From positions 1 through 15,148 of the forward strand of contig JBJCIZ010000120.1 in assembly GCA_051294375.1 (NCBI GenBank): a stretch of DNA of 15,148 nucleotides, in the 5' to 3' direction. Within the stretch, counting starts at the first letter, position 1. The number at the start of each line of letters is the position of its first letter. This DNA comes from Paraspadella gotoi (lineage: Eukaryota; Animalia; Chaetognatha). Shown in pieces: positions 1 to 7,178 of this stretch. A model generated the notes under the pieces. The model did no database searches, was not told where the DNA came from, and saw only the letters and a program-made list of their open reading frames with translations. The translations under genes were made by a program, and so were the position numbers.

Positions 1-156
1 TCTGGTTTTCTTCGAGGCAGCACTTTTACCCCGGCGACGAGACCGTCTCTTGTTCTTTCGGGACTTCGACAACATACCAAAGAAACGCTTTTTCCAATCA
101 GTCTTTGACGATTTGTTGGCCGCCGCTTTGCGTTTAGTTTTGCGTCGTCTTGCCAT
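1..156 (-). CDS. Arg/Lys-rich protamine-like protein, candidate virion core/DNA-condensing protein (partial, runs off window)
   Basis: Not in the ORF track. ATG at 156..154 in TAAAAATGG context, open to base 1: MARRRKTKRKAAANKSSKTDWKKRFFGMLSKSRKNKRRSRRRGKSAASKKTR. Starts 57 nt after the capsid stop codon. Confidence 0.7.
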   Translation of the reverse strand, partial: MARRRKTKRKAAANKSSKTDWKKRFFGMLSKSRKNKRRSRRRGKSAASKKTR

Positions 157-213
157 TTTTAATAAATCTACTTAAGATATAAAGAAAAACATANNNNNNN
201 NNNNNNNNAAAAT

Positions 214-1798
214 CTACTCGTCTTCATCGACAATAATTCCATTGACATCGATTTTAATCTCTTGATCAAAATATGAAATAACATTTAAAATTAAGTTTTC
301 CGTTAACGCGTCGTCAAAACGTAGCTCCAAATCTAAACTACCACCGAATGCAGTCTTCAACGACGGCGCCAGAGCGGTCTCCGTCGTCGCCCACTCGTCC
401 GTCAGTACTGGGCTTAGGTTAAACGTTAGAAGAAAGAAATCATTCGCGTAAACTTTTTCAGTAATTGACCGAGCTTTCGCGCCGTAACAACGAAGGAAAT
501 TTTGGTACAACAATTTCATGTCCATCGAATGATTCGATAGGTTTAGAGACCCATACAATTCGCACAGGGGGTGGCGGGTTCCATTCACATACAAACGAGC
601 ACTCCTCAGGCCATGGTGTTGGTAACTAAAAAGTGCTGTCTGTGTGTTACCTAATTCGGCTTTCTCTTTGGTAAAAAATATTGATATAAAACGCGATAGC
701 TTTGACCAATTAAAAATACTGTNNNNNNNNNNAATCTGAGAGTTGGCCAATATCTGAAAGCTGACAAATTTAAATGAAGGCGTCGTTCTGACGATCGAAT
801 TTTGTTCTATTTTTGACAGATACATATCCCTCAGCTGGGAACTCATGCTGGCTTGGTTTACGATTAGAAACATCTTAATTATGACTATCTTGTAGCTTTT
901 GTCACCCCCTTTGTCATCATATATCAAGACTTTGTTTGGATTCTCCAGTTCGAAGTCGATGGTAAATGTGTCTCGCACGGGGAGAATGCAGTTAGTGGAA
1001 AAAAATTTACACAACATGCCGATCGGGAAGAGATAGTTAAGCGGCCTTTTTATGCATTTTTTTAAAACAATGCTTCGAAGCCAAAGCCCTTCGTTTATGC
1101 TGGCCCTTTCCTTGTTCAATTGCAGTATTTCTTCTCTCGTTCTGTCAAGAGCCGCTGCCTTTTCTGTTGTGGTGGCAATCTGGCGACCGGTTCCAAGCTT
1201 TTTGGTTACACAGTCACATTTTTGACATAAGCATGTCACTATGGGATCCCTTAGACTGACATCGGAGCTCAAACCAGGCGTGTCTGGTTGGTAGCCAACG
1301 CCTGAGAGTAGTTGCTCTTTCTCTTCGTTTGAATAGTGGGTCATCAAACGAATGTAGGTTTCGTGTCTATTGAATGGAAAAAATCGCCCCTTTTCCATCC
1401 CCTGTTGACTTATTTTTACATGGCGAAACATATTGATTGGAAAATATTGATTTACTGATAGCTCGTCGGTTGCATCAATTAAATTGTTGTCTCCTCGATA
1501 GATTCTAACCCGAAGCCCAATTTTGCAAAATCGAAGAATCATCTGTGCGACAAACAAAAATATATTTACGTGATTTGGTGGATAAAAGTAAAAAGCATTT
1601 AAATTGATAAATGATTACCTCATTCGACAAATTTGCGGGGATTAAGAATCTAATCGTCTGGCTTTCCGGGGTGATCGGAGTAGTGGGATGCACCATTATT
1701 TCACTAAAGCGCTCGAATGTCGCGTCTGTCGCCTGTACATCCGCCAACTTGGAATCGTCAAACACCACAAGTTTACTCTTCGTGGAAACCGTCTCCAT
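214..1798 (-). CDS. Major capsid protein (double jelly-roll, Maverick/Polinton type); two exons 1798..1619 and 1542..214, 502 aa spliced
   Basis: Maverick MCP-like motifs: NMFRHVKIS, FPFNRHETYIRLMTHYSNEEKEQLLSGVGYQPDTPG, INEGLWLR, ALFSYQHHGLRSARLYVNG, FLLTFNLSP, GSLDLELRFDDAL, EIKIDVNG. The N-terminal 60 codons (ORF 1505..1798, VHPTTPITPESQTIRFLIP) join the main ORF in frame through a canonical intron. Confidence 0.9.
1543..1618 (-). other. Spliceosomal intron (76 nt, phase 0) in the major capsid gene
   Basis: GAG|GTAATC donor at 1618, AT-rich body, TTTTTGTTTGTCGCACAG|ATG acceptor at 1543. Removal fuses ...NLSNE|MILRFCK... in frame. Confidence 0.85.
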
Positions 1799-1871
1799 TT
1801 TTATTGTTATTGTGTTTATTGAAATTAAACTAATACATAGAAAAATATAAATTTAATTATTATTAATTTAT

Positions 1872-2180
1872 TTAAAAACAGCAACAGTGACGGGTTTTTG
1901 GTTTTGTCAAGNNNNNNNNNNTTTTATCGGAATTTTTTTCGACATTAGAAATAAAAACGTTATCTAAAAATTCAACCTCGATCTGAATGTCACGGATTTT
2001 GAGCTGAAGCTTTTTTTTTTTTGCCCGCAGCATTCGAATTTCGCGATCTCTCCATTCCATTTCAGGCTTAACTTTTCGGTCCAACGATTCATCCATCATC
2101 TCATAGCCCAGTTGATCAACCGAATAGAGACTCGTCCTAACCCCATCCCCCCACCTCTCCAACATCGCAGTTTCGGTCAT
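1872..2180 (-). CDS. Hypothetical 102-aa protein with basic coiled coil and C-terminal CCCF
   Basis: ATG in CACCATG context; heptad segment REIRMLRAKKKKLQLKIRDIQIEVEFL; AATAAA overlaps the stop (1872..1867); flanked by AT-rich spacers; contains a 10-N run. Confidence 0.6.
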   Translation of the reverse strand: MTETAMLERWGDGVRTSLYSVDQLGYEMMDESLDRKVKPEMEWRDREIRMLRAKKKKLQLKIRDIQIEVEFLDNVFISNVEKNSDKXXXXLTKPKTRHCCCF

Positions 2181-2238
2181 GGTGAATTAATACAAAATCG
2201 TTTATAAAATTAATATTTCAAATTTAACTAAACGAGAA

Positions 2239-2577
2239 TTACAGTTGCGTCGACAACAATGGCGTAGAAGATCGCAATGGTGGGCCTATCGGTAGGGTCT
2301 CTCGACTGAGGCGCAATTCTCTTTTATTTTTCAACGATTCCACCAGGTGCCTGTCGTGACTGTCCATAACTCCGCGATACTCTTGATAGAGTTCCACGAG
2401 AACTGACTCGACTTCCTCTTTCCGTCTATTGGCGTAGTTCAGGTTTGCGACAAGAGAATTCAATTCGTTTCTAAGTTTCTCAATTTCATTCCTACGACTT
2501 TGTAGTTCGTACAACACGTGACTAGGTAACTCCTTTTTGAAAGCTAGTTCGAACATTTGCAATCGGACAGATTCCAT
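2239..2577 (-). CDS. Hypothetical 112-aa coiled-coil protein
   Basis: Likely start MESVRLQ at ATG 2577 (the upstream part of the listed ORF is T-rich spacer). Heptad-like stretch LQSRRNEIEKLRNELNSLVANLNYANRRKEEVESVLVELYQEY. Confidence 0.65.
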   Translation of the reverse strand: MESVRLQMFELAFKKELPSHVLYELQSRRNEIEKLRNELNSLVANLNYANRRKEEVESVLVELYQEYRGVMDSHDRHLVESLKNKRELRLSRETLPIGPPLRSSTPLLSTQL

Positions 2578-2939
2578 TTCAAAACGGAAATTGAAAAAAG
2601 AAAACTTTAATATAATAAAAACGAAGATAATATTTTTCAACTATGCTTTACAGCGATAACAACGACAAATCGACTAAATCTGTGTAAATGGATTATAAGT
2701 AAAAGTAAATTAAAAAAAATTCACAGCCATGATGACGATAAACAGATTTGCATGAGTATTATTCTTATTGCAAAGAAAAAAAAAGAACAAGGAAAGAAAA
2801 CAAACTATCTGACAACGAAGCACGACTATCAAGCGGTATAAAAAAAAATTAAAATGTTCCAGAAATTGAACCTTAACTGCGATATAAAAAAATTTAATTA
2901 ATAAAATTTAAAATTTCTAATACAAACGAAAAATTGTAT

Positions 2940-4841
2940 CTAAGGAAAGAAGTATTTGCACTTCTTCCTATTTTCGCAGTCCTTATGTTTTTCCGCGTCA
3001 ACTAGACTGTCTATGGAGTGGGAAACAGTTTCAGCCTCGACGACGAACGCCTTACACGCGTCGTAGGCGCTCTCATCGTGACTCCCGCGCTCCATCCGCC
3101 ACAACAACGGCCAAACGTACGACAGCACTTTTCGCGCATCTACTACCAGCTTGTCGACCCTTTTCTTTAGACCGTAGCAACGCAGAATGTACGGGCCACG
3201 GCGCACGTTTTCCTTGATGAAGTTTATCCGGTCGTACACCACCGACGCCCGCCTCCGCAATTCACTCACACAGATTAGGAATATCGCACCCATGGTCGGC
3301 TTTACTTCTCCCAAGATCACGAGATCCTCATTCGTGCCGTCCTCATCCTCATTGAATGTCCCATCGAGCAAACTACCCCCATCGGTGTCCATGGAACCTT
3401 CACCACCATCGATCTCTTCGTGCCCCAACTCGACCAAGCGGCGAAGCTCGTCAACCACCAAAGGACCCATCTCCTCCTCCAATTCTGTTCTTCCCATCGA
3501 AGCGACTTGGGACTGGATGGCCATCGTCGCCGTGTTCGCCCCTACCATCTCCGCCTCCGCCTCTGCACCCACCGTCTCCGCCTCTGCACCCATCGTCTCC
3601 ACCTCCGCTTCTACACCCGGCATCTGCGCCTCTGCCTCTGCCAACTCCGCGCCCATCCCATCTCCCATCTCACCTCCTGCCTCCAGCCCTGACATGTCTG
3701 TCGCCTCCTCTGCCGCCTCCTCTGCCATCTCCGCCGCCTCCAACTCTGCCATCTCTGCCGCCTCCAACTCTGCCATCTCTGCCGCCTCCTCTGCCATCTC
3801 CGCCGCCTCCACCTCTGCAATCTCCGCCTCCATCCTTGTCATCTCCGCCTCCTCTTCCGCCATCATCTCCGACTCCGTCATCAGCTCCTCCAACCCAGAT
3901 TCATTTGTCGACTCTGGGTAGCCCACCGAGCCCGACACAGTCGTTTCCCTAACGGAAACCTGATCACCCACGGACAGGGGGACCTCCAAAACTGCCACGG
4001 GTAGTTGTGGCAGCGTCTCCTGGATCTCGGTTAAGATTTGAGCCGCCTCTTCCTGACTCAAATCCCCCAATGTGTCGGTCGACGCGACTTCGACAAATCT
4101 CGGTGCGACAACTTGGAGTGTTCCATTGTCGTCGGTGGCCACCGAGATATCCATGCCAAGCTCGGACATTGACCGAGTGGCATGGATAGATGGCAAGTTC
4201 GAGTGGGAGACGCTGTCGTATTGATGTTGGACTCCGGGCTGTTGGGCTTGCCATTGTGGAGCCAAAATGGGCAAACGAGAAGACGCTTGCTGTTGCTGCT
4301 GTTGGTACTGCTGCTGTTGCTGGTACTGCTGGTACTGCTGCTGCTGCTGCTGGTACTGCTGCTGCTGCTGGTACTGCTGCTGTTGGTACTGCTGCTGTTG
4401 TTGTGGCTGCTGATACTGCTGCTGCTGTTGTGGCTGCTGATACTGCTGCTGCTGTTGTGGCTGCTGATGTTGAAGCTGCTGCTGCTGCTGTTGTGGCTGC
4501 TGCTGCTGTTGTTGTTGTTGCTGCTGCAAAACGTTTTGCTGAGTGGCGATGACATGCGGCCGCCACAGCGAAGCCAACGATGGCCATTGCACATCGACGT
4601 GTTCCATTGGTTGACTCGTGTTTGCCAATTGTGGGTGGATTTGCATTGGCAAACCAGAAAAAGTCGGTCGTGGACCTTGGTTCACGTTGAAAGGCGGTCC
4701 ATGGGATGATGAACCGCCGCGCGAGAAGTGGCCATCGTTGAAGCCATTCAAGCTGTTTAGAATTCGGTCCAACTTGACCTCCAGACGATCCAGAAGTTGC
4801 ACCGTGGCGTTGTCCATCGTCGGAAATTGATTGGCCATCAT
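2940..4841 (-). CDS. 633-aa protein: N-terminal short coiled coil, polyQ/QY tract, acidic E/A/M repeats, C-terminal helical domain; possible transcriptional regulator
   Basis: Long GC-rich ORF bounded by AT-rich spacers and co-oriented with all element genes. LLDRLEVKLDRILNSL at the N-terminus; non-repetitive C-terminal ~115 aa (GAIFLICVSELRRR...KKCKYFFP). Confidence 0.75.
   Translation of the reverse strand: MMANQFPTMDNATVQLLDRLEVKLDRILNSLNGFNDGHFSRGGSSSHGPPFNVNQGPRPTFSGLPMQIHPQLANTSQPMEHVDVQWPSLASLWRPHVIATQQNVLQQQQQQQQQQPQQQQQQLQHQQPQQQQQYQQPQQQQQYQQPQQQQQYQQQQYQQQQQYQQQQQQYQQYQQQQQYQQQQQQASSRLPILAPQWQAQQPGVQHQYDSVSHSNLPSIHATRSMSELGMDISVATDDNGTLQVVAPRFVEVASTDTLGDLSQEEAAQILTEIQETLPQLPVAVLEVPLSVGDQVSVRETTVSGSVGYPESTNESGLEELMTESEMMAEEEAEMTRMEAEIAEVEAAEMAEEAAEMAELEAAEMAELEAAEMAEEAAEEATDMSGLEAGGEMGDGMGAELAEAEAQMPGVEAEVETMGAEAETVGAEAEAEMVGANTATMAIQSQVASMGRTELEEEMGPLVVDELRRLVELGHEEIDGGEGSMDTDGGSLLDGTFNEDEDGTNEDLVILGEVKPTMGAIFLICVSELRRRASVVYDRINFIKENVRRGPYILRCYGLKKRVDKLVVDARKVLSYVWPLLWRMERGSHDESAYDACKAFVVEAETVSHSIDSLVDAEKHKDCENRKKCKYFFP
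3702..3860. repeat. Coding minisatellite (21-24-nt units such as GCCGCCTCCAACTCTGCCATCTCT) encoding EAAEMAE(L)
   Basis: Tandem units visible directly; translated as AEMAEEAAEMAELEAAEMAELEAAEMAEEAAEE on the minus strand. Confidence 0.85.
4287..4527. repeat. CAG/CAA trinucleotide tract with higher-order 27-nt units (QQPQQQQQY) encoding ~80 aa of polyQ
   Basis: (CTG/TTG)n on the plus strand, interrupted by GTA/ATA (Tyr) and TGG (Pro); the unit TGTGGCTGCTGATACTGCTGCTGCTGT is repeated. Confidence 0.9.
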
Positions 4842-4944
4842 ACCAGAGATAATCTGAAGAAAAAAATGAAAAAAAAATATTAAAATCTTTTACTTGTACA
4901 TATATATATATATAATTCTATCGGACAACAACTAAAACGCCAAG

Positions 4945-5156
4945 CAATTTTTTGGTGAAATAAAAAAAAATTCCAACGAAATATATAATAATCGTTTAAG
5001 CTAATTACAAACAAGGAAAAAAAAAGAAAGCGACAAAAATTTTTTTTTTGTGAAATAAAAAAAAATTCCAAAGAAATGTATAATAAGTAATACATTTAAT
5101 CGTATAAGCTAATTACAAACAAAGAAAAAAAAAGAAAGCGACAAAAAAATTTTTTA
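4945..5156. repeat. Imperfect tandem duplication (~95-110-bp unit, 2 copies) in the spacer upstream of the polyQ gene
   Basis: GTGAAATAAAAAAAAATTCCA and TAATCGT(T/A)TAAGCTAATTACAAACAA.GAAAAAAAA(A)GAAAGCGACAAAAA each occur twice, in the same order. Confidence 0.85.
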
Positions 5157-5197
5157 TTTAAAATTGAAGATAAATGGCAAAAAGTCAGAGTTTGTTT

Positions 5198-5848
5198 TTA
5201 ATTCGACGACTCCATTGGCAAATCCGTTGGATTATTCTCCGTTGATGGCAGTAGATACAAGCCCGTCAGCTGATTGAGGCTGACAGAGCCCTCCTCGACG
5301 AGCCCAGACAAAATGCCATTGATTTTTTTTTTGGCATAGAGACCCCTGACGAAGCCAACCTCGGCGGAAACATATTCCTGGACAAACTTCCGCGAGACAC
5401 CAACACTGCGGGCGCCCATCTTCAGCGAAGCCAATATGGCCGAAACAACCTCCGGTTGTGTGACATTTTGGCGACGCGTCGATTTGCCGTTGTCGACAAC
5501 AAAAGCTGAGCGCTTGATGCGAGAAACGCGGTCTTCGAGCGCCACGATCTTTTTGTGTAACATCGAGATGGAGCACTCATTGGCGACCACCCTGTCGCTA
5601 AGCGGAGCATAAGGCGTCGAAGCCTCGGAAAATGTGGCTAGGGAGGACCCCGGCGATGACGGCGGACTCTGTGTAGCAACGCCCGAAGGCACGGCCTCGT
5701 CGTTTGAAGAAAAATGCAACTCCCGTTTAACAGGAAGTGAAATGTCAGGCGTTTTAGACGTTGATGCTCCAACGGTTCTATCGAGTTGAACAATGGGCGA
5801 TGCGAATTCATCTCCGGTCGCAGATTGGCCTGATGTAAAATGGGCCAT
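5198..5848 (-). CDS. 216-aa protein with Ser/Pro-rich N-terminus, short coiled coil and C-terminal linker-histone H1/H5 (H15)-like winged-helix domain
   Basis: Start MAHFTSG at ATG 5848. The segment VVSAILASLKMGARSVGVSRKFVQEYVSAEVGFVRGLYAKKKINGILSGLVEEGSVSLNQLTGLYLL follows the H15 pattern (AI..L....GxSR..I..YI.....LK..L..LV..G.L.....G.F/Y.L). AATAAA lies at 5158..5153. Confidence 0.7.
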   Translation of the reverse strand: MAHFTSGQSATGDEFASPIVQLDRTVGASTSKTPDISLPVKRELHFSSNDEAVPSGVATQSPPSSPGSSLATFSEASTPYAPLSDRVVANECSISMLHKKIVALEDRVSRIKRSAFVVDNGKSTRRQNVTQPEVVSAILASLKMGARSVGVSRKFVQEYVSAEVGFVRGLYAKKKINGILSGLVEEGSVSLNQLTGLYLLPSTENNPTDLPMESSN

Positions 5849-5868
5849 TTCAAAGTTTACAAAGAATG

Positions 5869-5872
<4 letters not shown>

Positions 5873-5902
<30 letters not shown>
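5873..5902. repeat. (GA)15 microsatellite
   Basis: Seen directly; lies 25 nt upstream of the H1-like start codon. Confidence 0.95.
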
Positions 5903-5904
<2 letters not shown>

Positions 5905-5914
5905 AAGATACAGA

Positions 5915-6015
5915 AAAAAAAGTTTTTTTTTATGTTGGGGGCCTTGAGAAACGAAAGTTTTTTTATATGTGGCGCTGTGAGATTCGAAAGTTTTTTTTTT
6001 CTATGTGACGCTGGG
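5915..6015. promoter_or_regulatory. Three degenerate ~33-bp direct repeats, core (CG)AAAG-Tn-ATGT, upstream of the H1-like gene
   Basis: AAAAGTTTTTTTTATGTTGG (~5918), CGAAAGTTTTTTATATGTGGCGCTG (5952-5977), CGAAAG-Tn-CTATGTGACGCTG (5985-6013). A regulatory role is inferred from position only. Confidence 0.5.
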
Positions 6016-6145
6016 AAAAAAAATTCGACAGAGATGTTAACGCGAGAGAATCACAAAACAAAATGAGAAAAAAATTTAAACCGGATCAAGCTATATACGA
6101 ACAAGAGACGTTTCTCCAAATTTTCATGGTCTCCGATTTGACGTA

Positions 6146-6230
6146 AGAATTTCGAAATTCTCACAGCCTGCAAATGGACTCGAAAGTTTCTGCGTACATT
6201 CGCGGGCCCTGAGAATTTCGAAATTCTCAG
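6146..6230. repeat. Duplicated perfect palindrome: AGAATTTCGAAATTCT (6146-6161) and CTGAGAATTTCGAAATTCTCAG (6209-6230)
   Basis: Both are self-reverse-complementary (16 and 22 bp); an 18-nt identity recurs at 66-bp spacing. Confidence 0.9.
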
Positions 6231-6319
6231 TGTTTCTGATTGGAGGAAAATTTTTGAGCGTCACCGCCACCCCCCCCAAAAAAAAAAGCAAATGGGCCCG
6301 GGCGCAGCTGTCGTTCGAA

Positions 6320-6875
6320 TCATTTCCCTTGGGTCGTCTCTCTGTCAGACGAAGAGTGATCGTGAGCTTCGCCGTCCGAAAGAGAAAACGAAGATGAGGA
6401 ATCGACCTCGTCATCCGTACCGCTTTCCCCTGACCCGGGTTCACCAGACTCGCACCCCTCACTGCCTTCGTCGACGTCATCGTCTTCTTCGTCCTCAGAG
6501 GAACTGTGTTCTCTTTTCCTTCTTTTTGCCTTTTTTTCCTTTTCACTGGGTTCCATCTTTTTAGATTTAGACGTTTTAGACGATTTTGTCTTATTTGTTT
6601 TTTTTTGTGTTTTTCTTTGTTTTTGGTTGCGTTTTGGTTTTTTGTTGTGGTTTTTTTTTAGATTTTTTGCTGTCTTTTTTCTTGGTCGGTCGTTTTCTTT
6701 TTTTATTTGACGAGGATGTCGCTGTAGATTTCCTCGAAGTACTTTCTATACTTTTTGACACCTCGTCGATTTTTCCCCTTTTCATCGACGAAAACAAAAT
6801 TAAACTTTCATCTGGTGCAGGGCAAAATTGATTTCCCATATATTCCAGAAATTCGGGGGCATACGAGATAGCCAT
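6320..6875 (-). CDS. Probable single ~185-aa protein with Lys-rich middle and Asp/Glu/Ser-rich C-terminus, split into ORFs 6591..6875 and 6320..6556 by a one-base shift in an A-run
   Basis: The start context AACAATAAAAATGG is identical to that of the major capsid gene. The frame of 6320..6556 stays open upstream (TNKTKSSKTSKSKK-MEPSEK) into the A9 run at 6606..6598 and keeps the same K/S/T composition. Confidence 0.55.
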
Positions 6876-6943
6876 TTTTATTGTTTGTTAATTATTTAAA
6901 CTCCCAACGCGGATATGTTATAATAATAAGCTATTATATTTTT

Positions 6944-7156
6944 TTATTTCGATTTTGGCTTTTTATATGTTGGTTTGCCGTCGGTCGGATCGTCTGAATC
7001 CCTTTTGTTTGAATTTTGTTGCGTGATTTTCTCGTAGACCACTTGTCGGCGAGGCGGAGAGGCAGTAACAGAATGGCAATCGCAATCACAGTCGTAGGCA
7101 GTTGACGAGAAAATTTTTTTCTTTTTTTGCTCACCAGATAGAAAAAAATTGTCCAT
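6944..7156 (-). CDS. Hypothetical 70-aa protein with a CDCDCH motif
   Basis: ATG 22 nt after the penton stop; co-oriented; AATAAA overlaps the stop codon (6948..6943). Confidence 0.45.
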   Translation of the reverse strand: MDNFFLSGEQKKKKIFSSTAYDCDCDCHSVTASPPRRQVVYEKITQQNSNKRDSDDPTDGKPTYKKPKSK

Positions 7157-7178
7157 CTAATAAAATGAAAATTCAAAT

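Noticed and set aside
194-1921. N runs (194-208, 723-732, 1912-1921) as biological features or scaffold breaks
   Set aside because: Masked bases; the MCP frame and motifs continue correctly across 723-732, so they appear length-preserving.
3187-4830. Many overlapping ORFs (3187..3921, 3356..3952, 3964..4587, 4058..4594, 4182..4709, 4190..4552 and others)
   Set aside because: Shadow frames of the GC-rich CAG and GAGGCG repeats in the 633-aa gene; they are poly-S/A/L/P and lack independent support.
4880-5095. 71-aa Phe-rich ORF that looks like a membrane protein
   Set aside because: Translation of T-runs in an AT-rich tandemly duplicated spacer.
5849-5905. SLSLSLSL N-terminus of the 235-aa ORF
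   Set aside because: Translation of the (GA)15 microsatellite from a non-ATG start; the ATG at 5848 is more plausible.
6146-6230. Palindromes as heat-shock elements or CRISPR repeats
   Set aside because: GAA and TTC are one base apart rather than two as in nGAAnnTTCn; there are only two copies, the context is eukaryotic and no cas genes are present.
6586-6831. Plus-strand hydrophobic 81-aa ORF, and other plus-strand ORFs opposite penton, integrase and ATPase
   Set aside because: Antisense shadows of Lys-rich or conserved minus-strand genes.
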